DNA of 63,991 nt, filler included, from Ionaspis alba (taxonomy: Eukaryota), in the NCBI GenBank assembly GCA_964255285.1. It is 4 parts of 4 records of this genome, joined end to end, with 100 filler letters (N's around TTAATTAATTAA, not from the genome) between each part and the next. Parts side by side here need not be neighbours in the genome. Positions count along the whole stretch, not along the records: positions 34,504 to 51,520 come from CAXUUL010000329.1; 3 more parts are not named here. The stretch is one strand, 5' to 3'. The notes below the pieces were generated by a model, which made no database searches, was not told where the DNA came from, and saw nothing but the letters and a program-made list of their open reading frames with translations. Positions 38,231 to 51,620 of the stretch are shown here, one piece after another. Numbering within the stretch: the first letter of the stretch is position 1; every line of letters starts with the position of its first letter. Made by a program: the position numbers and the translations under genes.

Positions 38231-39359
38231 TCATGGACTATCGGGACTACCGCCACCATGACATCCTCGCTCGTGACGTTTCATATTGCTTCTCACGCTG
38301 AAAGCTTTGCCACAGCCGGCGTGTTGGCACTTGAACGGTTTCTCGCCTGTATGAGAATGACTGTGGATTCGCAGGCTCGATGGCCGAGAGAACGCTTTGT
38401 TGCAAGTCGGGCAGATATAGCGGTCCTGCGTCTGGCCAGCGAAAGCTGCCGATGCCGAAGGAGAAATGTAGTGGTGGTGTTGCCACGGATTGTTATGGTC
38501 AACGGGTGACACGGTGTGCGTGTTGGACATCGATGCCGTAATACCACCCACCGAAAGGTCGGAGGCGGTGAACGTTGTGGGCAATGGTCGTTGGTAGTAC
38601 ATGCCAGAGGATGACACGGGTGGATGTGTTGGTGATGGATACGAGTAAGATGGCATGCCGATAGGTGAAGAAGCGTATGGAGAGGTGGTGTAAGGAGACT
38701 GTGATGGCTGCCGAGCCACTGGATAGGAGTCCATTGAACGAGCTTGGGGTTGGCGCTGCCGATGTGGCTCCATATTGTTGATAGCACTGCCCATGTATTG
38801 AGAAGTGGAGACCGATGAACGGCGAGACGTGGTGATCGGAGACTGATGCTCGTCGTCGAAACCGGATTTAGGTCCCAGGGGTGGAGTCAGTGGTAAGCCT
38901 TTAGGATTGCTCGTGGTGGATTGATTGTAGCCATACGGACGGGGCTCAGACGTATGTTTCGAGCCTTCCGGTCGACGACGCTGCGGGTGTTGAGAATCTT
39001 CTTGACCTGCAAATGACATCAGTCACCATAGTTTTTCGTACTCTTCTACCCGACATACCCGTTGGAGAGCTTTGACCCTTCGGTGCGTTGCCAGCCATGA
39101 CCATCAGGCTCTGGATTGATGGTAAAGTGCAGCTGGTGGTCTCTTCAACGGGTGGCGATGGTGGGGCTCGTGGCGTGCGGGAATATCTGGAAGTCATGGC
39201 AGGTTGGCTGCGGAATGGGAGTGATGTTGATGCGGGTCGGGAGTCCGCCGGATGAGGTTGACCGTCTCGCTCGTAGACGGCAGGATATTGCTGATCTGAG
39301 TGATGGGAGTGGTGTGGTCGCGTACTGTGACTATTGAGAACCAGATTCGAAACGTTCAT
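38231..39359 (-). CDS. mtfA: C2H2 zinc-finger transcription factor, MtfA type (regulator of secondary metabolism and development)
   Basis: Start MNVSNL; APPSPPVEE..CTLPSI; LPLTPPL; WQHHHY; tandem fingers RYICPTCNKAFSRPSSLRIHSHSHTGEKPFKCQHAGCGKAFSVRSNMKRHERGCH. These match my recollection of Aspergillus MtfA. Intron 39058-39007. Confidence 0.88.
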
Positions 39360-42300
39360 GTCTTGATTGATCGAGGCCGTCAGCACAGGCTTCTCAACGC
39401 CGCGGTGATGTGCAGGGGCCTGGGGAAGAGCAATTGAAGCTCGAGAGTACCAAAAAATGGACGGGTTGTGTCTTGATATGAACAATTCATAAGAACTATG
39501 TGCAGTGCGAATCGATATCAAAGACCAATGTAGCAAAAGCTCTGAGTTTCTGGAGTGGGTTGGAAGGAGATAGGAGAACCGTACAAAACCCCACGAGTTT
39601 AAGGAAGATATATCAATTCCGGACCCCTTCTCCGCAAGACCAGTGACCAAATTTGTTGCTGCTCGTCAAGCTACTGGACGTTGTGCTGATTATTCAATAA
39701 TCCTGTGCAGAAATCCAGGGACTGGCACCGGTGCCAGCAAACCCGTACCAGACTTGGGCAGCGCGAGGATGAAAGGGCTACCAGGCAGGTAGGCAGCATG
39801 AGGAGCAAGATCTCCGACGGCGGTGGATCCTAGAACAAGGTGGTAACGGTCCTGGACCCCAGTCTCCCTAATATAAGGCCCTTCCACCATCGACCCGGAC
39901 CATGGCGCGTGCGCCAGGACTGGAAGGGATGCCAGGTCGACGAAAGCTAGCCATTGTCCAAGTCCCTGTCTATGAAACTGTGGATAGGAATTGTATAAAG
40001 GTTAGAGCAGCTCTGTCGAGACATATTGCTGTACAGCAGTCCATGATATGCAACGCAACCACGCTACCGAACTGGTTGGAGTACGAGCAGAGGATCTGGG
40101 TGGGAGAAAATGCTGCACGGCTTGACGTGAAATCCGATACACGATGCCGTGTGCAATTAGGGCATGAGCCTAAAACCACCCCCGTTTCTGATGAAGGCTT
40201 TCAAGGGAGCCACCGTGTCATCCCATGCCGAAGGTGGCTGCTTGAAGCCGTTCCTCCACACGCTCATCCATGCCCTCGAAGAAATTCGACTTCAATCAGT
40301 ACATGCAGTAGTAGCGGTAGTAGTGACATGTCGGGGAGCAAGTGAAACCACGTTTATTGGCTCAAGAGTTGGGTACTGTTAGTAGTGCGCACAGTATTCT
40401 AGTTAATGCTTGGGAAGTCGACGATGAGCCGGCGACGATGGAAGTGCACGGTCGTGAGCCAGGGTGATCCTATGCCAGAAATTTAAGCACACGCAGCAAA
40501 GTATCACAGCGGGATGCACATTGGCAGGTCCGACACCACAACAGAAAACTCAGGGAAGACGGTGGGTCATGACGCTGTATGGTATGATATGCCTATCCTA
40601 GTCCGATGGAGCATCGAACCATGCTTGAATTCTGCTAATTGATCATCTTTCGGGACGATTAAGCATCTCCAATACCAATACCAAGAACAAGAACAAGATT
40701 AATGATGTGATGCTCATGACCTTGTCCTGCTCGACAACGACAGGCTCTACACGACTACCAGATCTGTTGTTTGTCGCCAACGGACACCCTTTTGAGCTTC
40801 GGAGCATATGCTGCAATCGGCCTAATTCCTGCCTCCCAAGCGACGATACGAAAGAGTGTCATATGGGTGCTGTGAGATATCGATAACCATGGACAGCAAA
40901 CGAAAGAATAGCTCCGCAGCCTCATCGTTGGAATTTCTACGCATTTCCCACCGCAGCGGCCCCCCTGCCCTACCGATTCTACCTGGCCGTCTAGAATATA
41001 TGGAGCTGCTTTTATTGGCGGCGATCATGGGAGCGCTTGGTGACGCAGTGCGCTCTTGATTTTCTCGACCTCTTTTCTTATTCCTTTGTTCAAGTCGAAA
41101 GAGATGGTGCTGGCGAATCATAACGCGGTCGAGCAAATTGGATCATTTCTCGAGGAAGGAGTCTAGGGGTTCCCCGCCGTCTAGTGGAGATCACAACAAG
41201 GATGAAGGAAAATGTCGAGGATCGTATCAAAGGCCAGCTACAGGCTCTGTCAGGCTTTTCTGACTAGTTGATGCTTGTGCTTCCCGTCCCATCGTTACCC
41301 TTTCCCCCTCCACTCCCAAACTCGCCGTACGACAGGCATGTCAGGGTAGGTGGTGGCCCCTCCACCCTCGGAAGTATTATCATCGATAACGATGTTGACG
41401 CACCCCCTTTGCGCGCTGGATTCCGAACATCGGCTGTCATGGTTGACATCTCCTGATGTAAGGCCGGTCTGGATGATCGGTAGCGCATGGCGCAGTTGCA
41501 AGTCGTGGCACTTTGCATTCAGCCTTTGCTCTGGCAGATTCTCTTCACCACCGCCATTTTCTATGAAGGCTCTGTGGGCACATCAAGTTGAGGACTGACC
41601 CGTCGCGGCTGGTGGTGGGGCCGCAGTGGGTGGGCTTCAAGGACAAGGGAAGAAGCAGGAGACTTAAATCTCCCTCCTCGCTTGCAGCAGAATAAGAGGT
41701 CATAGGAAAGGCGGAGGATTTTGTACATTATGTACAGTATATGCATGTATGTATGTAGCCTTCTCGACAGGAGCCAGGTGAGTCTCGAGCTGATGATGAT
41801 GCGTACCCACTTGGACCAGTGACATGCTCGAGCACCGAGTTTATGACGATGATCTTCGTTGCAGCATGCTAGAATGAGGCGGCAGAGCTATGTATCAGCC
41901 TTCTAGAAATCGCTCTCCAGACCACCACGATCGAATAACCCCGGCGTTTGACAGCGGACACGCTTTTGGCCCAAGCCCACGCTTGCGCATGATGAAAGGC
42001 AGAAACATGGACTTAGATCGCATGCAGCCCACGTCAGGATGAGACTACTCAGCTTTTCCGAGCAGGCACAGCACACTTGCTGGAAAATGATCAGATGCAG
42101 TCTTCGAGCACGCCCACTTACAAAACAACAGAACTAAACGCAGCACCACTCAGACCCTGAGCCTTTTAACCTTCTGGTGGTGCGGGCGAGGTCAAAGCTC
42201 TTCCCATCCTCGTCTCCTTTGTTGTTCAATTCGCTTCCCGATATGTAACCCAGATATGGCGCCTCGACGGCGAGTACGGGCCGAACGACTGTGTCAGCTT

Positions 42301-43220
42301 CACTATTGCCACGGGTTGCGTCTGCAGACCGTCAAGGCCCGACCGCCGCCTGCAGCAATGCAGATTGAGCTCCACACAATGCCACCCCAATTGTGACGAG
42401 AGACTCATTGACCATGACCATGACCATGATGAGTAATGATCACAGACAGAGCTTCTGATCAGATACTTGACATAGACTTTTGATTCCCCCAGATTCGAAC
42501 GCTGTTGTGCATTGCAGATTCGGTTGGAGAACCCTGCGTCTGTCTGCAATCCTACTTGAGACGATATGCAACCGCGGGATATTCAGAAGCACGGAGGCAA
42601 GGTAGACCATGCCTTTGCTCCAAAACCATCCTGTCCGGTGTTAGTACGTAAACCTGGTGGTAGCTCCCGCTTCCAAGTACTTTACTCTCTGTACCTGTCC
42701 TGGACTTGTAATAGCCCACAATTGTTTCCGACCGATCTTCGGAATGCGCATGCCACATTGAGACAACGGCGGGCTTTTTCGATGTCTCCACCCCATCTGG
42801 CATCTACTTTCATGTGCCGTAGGACACGGAGATCGCCATGATCGACGCGAGATCTGCGAGCAGCCGTCCGTTTCCACGAGGCCACCTGAGCCAAGTGCTG
42901 TAGGTACTTTGTCCGATCTTGGAACGGCAGACCGGTTGCTGGCCAGTGAAAGGTTCGGGACGCTGTGCGACTTGACTACCGGCTCTTGATACGATACCAT
43001 TCCAAATCGCCGGATGTACTCCATACCAATGACCAGGAGCACCCATGGGGCCAGTATAGGCGCTAGTCGAGTATATGTCTACCTACCTCATCAACTACAC
43101 CAGTTATTGCTCCCTTTTCTCAATATTATTTAGTCTCTCGTGAAGGCATGAACGTTCAAATACGGGCCGGCGCGAGATAGCCCGGTTTCACCCTTGAATT
43201 GGAGGAAACCGCTTTGGGCC

Positions 43221-43320
43221 NNNNNNNNNNNNNNNNNNNNNNNNNNNNNNNNNNNNNNNNNNNNNNNNNNNNNNNNNNNNNNNNNNNNNNNNNNNNNNNN
43301 NNNNNNNNNNNNNNNNNNNN
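43221..43320. other. Assembly gap (100 N, no linker)
   Basis: Directly visible. Confidence 0.97.
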
Positions 43321-46300
43321 CACCTCCTTTGCCAGGTGGATGCAGAATCGTGGCTTGCAGTCAAAGTGTCTTGTTGGGGCTACTCCGGCCGTCACGATGT
43401 CCTCGACGCCGGTTCGGCATTTAGCTTGCCTTTCGAAAACGGCAACTTGCTATCTGATTACCCAAAGGCCGTTGCTGGTGGACCGTGTTCGTGGTGAGCT
43501 GGGATTCCTCGACACTCCCATATTTAGTGGCAAAGAAGGCACCTAGCGCGCCGCGACAGACTGACATCGAATTTGCACCTCTTGCTCAGAGTGCCATCCT
43601 GCTTCCAGAAAGGCCCAAGAAGATTGCCTTCCAACAAACGCCTCGAATTTTCAAACGAGCAAGACTCGCGTATTGTGTCTCAGCCCGGGCCCAAGCCATC
43701 GACCCAAACTCTCAAGTCCCCGAGTCCTTCACCCCTTTCCCCACGGAGCTGGTGCAGAACACCTACATTACATGATCATCTGGTTATTCGGTCGTGACGT
43801 GCCCAGCCGGTGCCTGCCCACGGCACATACGTACCTCTGGCCGCTGCATATCTAAATTCCGCAGCCTCCACGGCCTCGGACACTGACAGCTGCCACTTAC
43901 GGACAAAACGTAAGCCCTTGAACGTATGTCAAGCAAGCGCCTTGCAGTAGTGAACGGCGCAGCACCTCCACACAATTGCCGGAGATCTCCACCAGGATCA
44001 GGCATCCTCGGTCAGGCCTGGCCTGCAGATCATTCGACACCCTCCTCAGAGCAACGTGAGCAGATAGGGTAGGAATCTGAAAGTCCCCTAAGCGTTTCCC
44101 ACAGGTAGTGGTTCTGCACCTAGTCACTCGACTGTTGCCTGAGGAGAACGGGACTATCTTAGGGTAGTTTTGGTTCATCTTTCGAGGTAGGGATTCGATC
44201 GTGGTTCGATCTGCGGAACAGGATGTCCTGCAGCTAACTTCATCGCTGAGGCGTACGATGGAACCGACAATCCACTGCATTCTTCGATGGACTTTGCTAG
44301 TTTTAGTGACCAGAGATGCACACAATTTCTCCCTACATTACGTTCGAGATGAGGGACGGCCGATGACGCTTGCCGAGAACGATCTCTACATGCGGTACTC
44401 ATAAGTTGCAGGCTGTGCTGTACATAGGGTGGAGTTGGGTAGGCGATACGTGTGCACGAGCTGAAAATGGCATCAGTCAGTTGGGCCGTCCCAGCTCTTG
44501 CATGAAATTGACACCCACCTTCCTGCACACCATACCTCCAAAATTTTCATGTTCTTCACAGGGGTTCGAACGGCTGATTCTCTCTCCACCTCTGATGTCT
44601 CGACAAGTAAGCAATCAGCCATGGTTTAGTGCTTCATGATGTCGAGGACGCGAGGATACATCTAGGTCGTGCTATGCTTCCATCTGCGAGCCATCAGTAA
44701 GATGCCTGCTAGATTCAGATCCTGACCGGACTTCAGCATCCTTTCATCTCCACCCACTGTCGGAGGCCCATCCAAGGATCTCGACTTCAGATTCTCCCAA
44801 CTACTGCAGATGCAAGAACCTCCTCAATCGCCTCCTCTTCCCGTCATCGGATGCACGCCAAGGGTCTCAAGTCCGGTAGGTGTTGTTATCGGCATTCTCA
44901 GTCCGGCCCTGCACCGCATCTCGGATGCCGTGATCTCGATTGAAGATCTGGGCACTATGGAAGGGCGTTCATCAACTAACGTAAGATCCCGTGTGGAGGT
45001 GAGTGTATGTTGGTTCAGCTTCGCTGAACCAACGGATTTCGAAGGGACTGTTTCACGACTTGATTGCGTTCTAGCCTCGCCGTGTCTGCTGAGGTTTGAG
45101 TCATGATGTTGCACGCCTCAGTTTCTCTTACCAGAGATGGGCAATGATGAACGTCGACGAGGATTTCAATGACACATGCCTTTTTCTATGCCAACAATGG
45201 TGAGGAGATGCATTTCGCTTCTTGGTGCTATGGGCCAGACACCTGCGTGGACCGTGGGATAGCCTTGACGCGGGTGGACCTGACATTCTGCTGTCTGAAC
45301 TTCCAAGTACGATGGGCCGGTGCCTGCTGTTCCTTGTGACTCTATGCTGCAGGCTGGGGGTCTCTAGCATGCTCGAGTATTTTCTTTTTTGACTTGACAT
45401 GCAGTGCACGCCAGCCTGTTCCTGAGATCATCTTATCGTGGCCGCTTCTATATTTTGAACACTGAGCTGACCCAATCGAAGATCATCTAGCGGACATTTT
45501 TACATCTCGGTAGATCGCCGCTGCACCTGGATTTGCCGCATAGACACAGTCGTTGCCACGTCTACATTCTTTGTCCCAACTGCAAAGAAATAGTATGCAA
45601 TGGCCAATCATCCGGGCTAGACACTTCGTCGTTGAGGTCTCTGGGGATGGTCAATCAAACCTCGTTGATTATTTCATGCCACGGCATCTTGAGGGAGAAA
45701 GACTATCGCATTAATCCTTTTACTATAATCTATTATTTCCATGTTCTAATCGAAGTAATTGATCGTCTTGGTACATTATGGTCCATCCTTCACCCATGAT
45801 CATGTTACTCACTCTATTCATGGAGAAAGCTATTTCTGGCAAGGTGGCGGGCAAGCTCCGTTTCAATCACCGCTTCAATTAGGATCATAACACACAGAAC
45901 TTATAACTTCATAACTCGACTCTCATCGTCCGGTTCGTGACATAGCAGCTCAACAGACATTATACTCGGATGATGCCACCATATTTGCTTCTGTCCTGGA
46001 TCTGCCTATCTTACTCTATAGCACTCCACTCAACATGAGTAGATTAGTGGGTCTATCGGCCTCCAATTTTTTTTTGGCAAAATTCCGTTTCAGCAAATGC
46101 AGAGTGCTTGGTCCTCCGCACTTAGTCGGAAGTGGTTTAGAATCAGTTGTGTTGTCAGGCTGTGGAGTGCATGCAATCTCCTGCATGCACATCGAGATGG
46201 TGTGCTGCCGTTGTACCTTTCTGCCATTGCTCAGTGAGAGTCGATCCACGAATCGCTGCCCTGACGACATTGAGCTACTCTGGTAAAGCTTTCCTTCATG

Positions 46301-47965
46301 GATGCTCTGTGGAACGGGGGCGTTTTCTGGCTGCAATTGTAAGCCACCCCCCTGGCAGACCCTGACTCGGAAGCATTAGGGCCAACCAATACTGTTGAGG
46401 GATGTCTGGTTCTTTCTATCTCGTGACCTCCTGCGGAACGACTGTCGCACTTATTCGAAGAAAAACGATGCCTGCAAGCCTTGCTCGTGACGAGTTTTTA
46501 CCAGCTCGTCTGTTGTGACATCTGCCTTCGTGACCTGGAATTGGTAACGATAAGACGCCTTTTCCCTCGTCACGAATTCTCTCAAGCTGTGTCATGTGAG
46601 CGATCATATTTCATGCTCATCTTCTCGCAGGAGATTAGACAGTGCATGAACTACAGCGGAACTCTCGGTAGGATCGTCGCCGCGAACAGATGACAGCTGC
46701 GCTCGTGTTGCAATTGCAGATTGACAGCGAAGAGCTGCAGCAGCAGCAGTGGGGTGATCCCGACTGTGTACATAAGAGTATGTTCTTGCGAGAAGTGGGA
46801 CATTGTCTCCCGGGCTGTTCTTTGTGGGCAGCAGTGTTGCAGATGCCCTTTAGCTGAAGTTCTCGCCCATATTTCCTGTCCAACTATCTGGTAGGTTGTA
46901 TTGTGGAGGACTCCAGTGATGTATGTGAGACAAAACTTCACATGTTTGTTGTTGAACTTACGTTTGGTTTGATTCATTGATTACTCTGATCAATCCATTT
47001 GCACATGACCTTTTTTGCTGTTTATTACCTCCAATTCCTGAGCTCACCCCCCCGAACTGCTTTGGTATTGATGAAATCACATGCTGAAAGGCTCTTTCTA
47101 CTCGTCTTGATTCCGAGCTCTTTCCAACATATTGACTGAGCCTGATTAAGAAGGGATGCGAGGACATCCGTCTTAGAAGGTGTTGCTTGATCGAATAGCG
47201 AACAGAGATTGTGCATATCCGTAAAAGATGTCTATTTGCTACACATTGCTGCGGTCTTGGCTAAGCCATCGGACGAGTCTGTGAAAGAGCACTGGCTCTA
47301 TATCGCTAATCATACATATTAGGCTCGACTTCCTTTTTCCTTTTTTTATTGTTTTTTTGGGGTGGTCCAAGAGACTGCTGCAATCATAGTCTTTTCTACA
47401 TTGACTGTACGAAGCATAGACTCTCTCATATACTCTGGCTGCACTGTTCGATGGTTTGCATTGCCAAAGCAGAAATCAATGATGATGTGTCACACATGCT
47501 AAACCCTAATCAAGCGAAATTCACGATATCTCTTAGCTTCTTTGAGGTGCAAGGAGTCATGGTGAGGCAAGTCGGAGATTCGCATGAGACATGGAAGGCC
47601 ACTAGAGCATGGATTGATGCGCCGTAGACCATTGTCTGATATCACTGACGACTCGTTATCCAGGTGCTGTAGCCTGTATGAATAGCCACATATAAAACAA
47701 CCATTGACATTTCCTCGACAAAAATTAATGGATGGTTTTTGACTTTTGCATGCTCGCCTTTGCCCGTGCTGACGTACTTGGCGCTAAGATTCCGTTCAAG
47801 GGTCCACAGGCTCCCTCGGCTCGGAGGCTGAGAAAAGTCGTGAAATCGAAATCTTTCTCTCAACATTCTTTGTGCGCTCTACAACGCGCTTCCTGTGCTT
47901 TCGTCGTCCTGCTTACGACCAGTATAGACTCTAAAAGAGTCTATAGGGGAAAGACTCGTAAGAGA

Positions 47966-50900
47966 ATGCCCCATCAAATCTCTCCTCCTCTCACCCCCAT
48001 TATGGTTGTCAAATCATCCTCCCCGTCCACCGTCCCACCAACACAGGAGGAAATCTCTTCACTTCTCACCACCATTTTCACGGCGAAGACCTCGCAGGCT
48101 TCTCTCGACGCAGCGTACGGACTGACTACATTGCTTCTTAACTCGGTTGGATTTCGGGGTCTCCAATCTTATGGCGTCCTCGCCGAGACCAAGAAGGCTG
48201 CCGCCGACAAGAAAGACGGCGCAAGGCGTGAGAGCGCAATGATTCTTCTCGGTGCATTGTTTGAGAGGTTCCCGGTGGCTCAGCCAATCAGTGAGGTGGT
48301 CTTCTTATTGCAAGATGGCGGGATACTCGCACCGGTCTTGGACGCGCTTGCCGACAAGGGTGCCGTTGTCCGAGAGTCGGCCCAGTACGCTTTGGATGCG
48401 CTATTTTCAAATCTTAAACCAGAGGCCAAGGTTGTCGGCCTACTCCCGGCTCTGTCTCTCTACTTGGGCAAGCGCACTGGCAAATGGCAAGGTACCGTCG
48501 GTGCTTACGAGTTGATCGCGAGGATGGCTGATCAGGCAAAGATGGGATTGGGCAGCAAGGAAGAGGAGAAGATCAAGGAAGTGTTACGGGAGGCGATGGG
48601 TATGAGACTTGCAGCATTGATACCCATAGTCGAGGCTGGGATGCACGATCTGAAGAATGAGGTCAGTACCAGAATATCTCTGAGTTAAACGAGGCGCTCA
48701 TATAATTATTTGTAGGTAGCCAGGCAGGCGACGAAGACAATGACATCTCTAACAACACTACTCTCCAACGACGATGTTGCACCTCGAATACCTCTTCTCA
48801 TCAAAACCATGCAGAACCCCTCCACCGAAACACTTCAGAAGGCAATCCACGCTCTTTCACAAACCACGTTCGTCGCCATTGTTACTTCTCCTGTGCTTGC
48901 ACTCCTGACCCCTCTCCTTGAACGCTCGTTGAACACACCTACCACTTCGCAGGAGGTGCTCCGTCAGACCGTGGTAGTGGTTGAAAACTTGACCAAGCTC
49001 GTCCATGATCCAGTCGAAGCACGAACATTTCTTCCGAAATTGAAGCCGGGCGTTCAAGGTGTGAAGGATCGTGCGTCATTACCAGAAGTTCGAGAACTCG
49101 CAACAAGAGCTGTCAACGTCATAAATAGAGCCATGGGAGCTGACGATGGCAATATCATGGATGGACAGATCGCACCTGTTACCACGGAAGATGTGCTGAA
49201 AGTGCTGGAGAAAGAGGTCAAACTTCGTGGTGGTATCACGGGTCAAAACGGAGATGCTGAAGTATGGTCGTTGACCAAGTCATACGTATCCGAGATGACA
49301 CGAGAAGATATCAGCCTTCGAGATATGAATCGTGTCAAGCTCTGCGTAGGACCGTATCTTGAGCAGATCATCAAAGACGATCAAGCGTACATGGTCTCCG
49401 ATGCCGTGCACAGGTATTTCGTGGATGAAGACCACCGCAAATTTGGCCAGCCGATCAAAGAGGACTCGACAGAGATTGAGATCGTCAACACTGATTTTTC
49501 CCTCGCCTACGGCGGAATGCTACTTCTTTCTCACACAAATCTTCGACTTCTCAAAGGTCACCGTTACGGTCTCTGCGGCAGAAATGGAGCAGGGAAATCT
49601 ACATTGATGAGAAGCATCGCGGAAGGTAAACTGGAAGGATTCCCGAGCAAAGACGAGCTTCGAACGTGCTTCGTGGAGCATAATCAAGGAGAGGACGCAG
49701 ATCTAAGCATACTCGAATTTGTCGCCAAAGACCCCGAACTGGCTGCTGCTGGACAGGTGCGCATCTCGGAAGTCTTGGCTGAAGTTGGATTCACAGCTGG
49801 ACCAGGAGGTCGACAGGAAGAAAGGGTTGGCTCGCTGTCTGGTGGGTGGAAGATGAAGCTCGCTCTGGCTCGAGCGATGTTAATGAAAGCGGACGTGCTA
49901 TTATTGGACGAACCTACGAATCATTTGGATGTGAGTAATGTGAAGTGGTTGCAGGAGTATCTGAAGAGCCACACCGAGATTACGAGTCTCATCGTCAGTC
50001 ACGACTCTGGTTTCTTGGACGAGGTTTGTACGGACATATACCATTACGAGCAGAAGAAGCTGGTGTGTTATCCGGGGAATCTTGCAGCGTGAGTTTGCTT
50101 CACCCCCAAAATTGGTAATTCTGCTGATATACGTGGTAGATTTGTCCGCGTGAAACCAGAAGGAAAGAGCTATTACACCCTCTCCGCTTCACAAGTGCAA
50201 TTCAAATTCCCTTCGCCTGGTCTTCTAAGTGGCGTCAAATCGTCAACACGTGCGATCATTCGGATGACCGATTGTACATATACCTATCCCGGTGCTTCCA
50301 AGCCATCCTTACAAGACGTCACCTGTTCTCTCACATTGTCATCGCGGACCGCCATCATCGGCGCCAACGGTGCCGGGAAGTCGACACTGATCAAACTTCT
50401 GACTGGAGAAACCATACCTCAGATTGGTCGGGTCGAGAAGCACCCAAACCTGCGTATCGGATACATCAAGCAGCATGCGCTTGAGCACGTTGAGATGCAC
50501 ATGGAGAAGACTCCAAACCAGTACCTTCAATGGCGATACGCAAACGGAGACGATCGAGAGGTCTTGATGAAGCAGACCAGAGTCCTGACACCTGAAGACA
50601 AAGCTCAAATGGACAAATTTGTCGAGCTCGGACCTGGTTTCGGGCAGAGACGGATCGAAAACCTGATTGGAAGGCAGAAATACAAGAAGTCCTTTCAGTA
50701 TGAAGTGTAGGTCTTCCAGTTTCGCATATTCAGAGATCTCCACGCTGACATGACTGATAGCAAATGGGTCGGCATGCTTCCCAAGCATAACTCACAAGTC
50801 TCCCGTGAAACACTCCTCGAACTCGGCTTCGACAAACTCGTGCAAGAATTCGACGACCACGAAGCATCCCGTGAGGGTCTTGGCTTCCGCGATCTCGCAC

Positions 50901-51505
50901 CGAAAGTGATTGCCAAACACTTCGAAGACATCGGTCTCGACCCCGAGATCGCCAATCACAACGAAATTTCCGGTCTCTCGGGCGGTCAAAAGGTCAAAGT
51001 CGTCCTAGCCGGCGCCATGTGGAACAATCCCCACTTGCTTGTCCTCGACGAGCCGACCAACTACCTCGACCGAGATAGCCTGGGTGGTCTGGCGGTGGCC
51101 ATCCGCGACTACAAGGGTGGCGTCGTGATGATATCCCACAACGAAGAGTTCGTCGGTGCGCTCTGCCCCGAACAGTGGCACGTTGCGGATGGCCGCGTCA
51201 CCCACAAAGGCCACCTCGCCGTCTCCATGGATCGCTTCGAGGATAGCAGGCCGGGTTCCAGTGCTGCCAGCAGTGCCATGTCGAGTGCTGTCGGGAGTCG
51301 AGCGGGCAGTGCAAGCGCCAGTGCTGTCAACTCCGAGGCCGAGGATGGCGGTGATATGAAGTTCAAGGCCAAAAAGAAAAAGAAGGGCCTTACGAAGAAA
51401 CAGCTCAAGGAGCAGGAAGTCAGGAGACGCTTGAGGTATATCGATTGGCTTAATAGTCCCAAGGGAACACCGCAACCCCCACACTCGGATGCGGAGGAGG
51501 AATAG
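47966..51505 (+). CDS. NEW1: eEF3-family ABC ATPase New1/Elf1
   Basis: HEAT-like N-terminus; two ABC domains (GRNGAGKST, LSGGWKMK, LLLDEPTNHLD; GANGAGKST, LSGGQKVK) with a chromodomain-like insert. C-terminal RRRLRYIDWLNSPKGTP is typical of New1/Elf1 rather than eEF3. Introns 48662-48715, 50089-50139 and 50707-50760. Confidence 0.9.
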
Positions 51506-51520
51506 TAGTAGTCGGCGTTC

Positions 51521-51620
51521 NNNNNNNNNNNNNNNNNNNNNNNNNNNNNNNNNNNNNNNNNNNNTTAATTAATTAANNNNNNNNNNNNNNNNNNNNNNNN
51601 NNNNNNNNNNNNNNNNNNNN
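51521..51620. other. Assembly gap with artificial TTAATTAATTAA linker
   Basis: 44 N + linker + 44 N. Confidence 0.97.

Noticed and set aside
42410..42460. C/D-box snoRNA (ATGATGA...CTGA) next to a (CCATGA)3 repeat
   Set aside because: The boxes are only about 22 nt apart with no terminal stem or recognisable rRNA guide; the ATGATGA derives from the microsatellite.
44185..44215. tRNA T-loop-like GGTTCGAT
   Set aside because: No cloverleaf, acceptor stem or A-box in the surrounding sequence.
47966..51505. Canonical elongation factor eEF3 (YEF3)
   Set aside because: The C-terminal RRRLRYIDWLNSPKGTP and the N-terminus fit the New1/Elf1 paralogue better.
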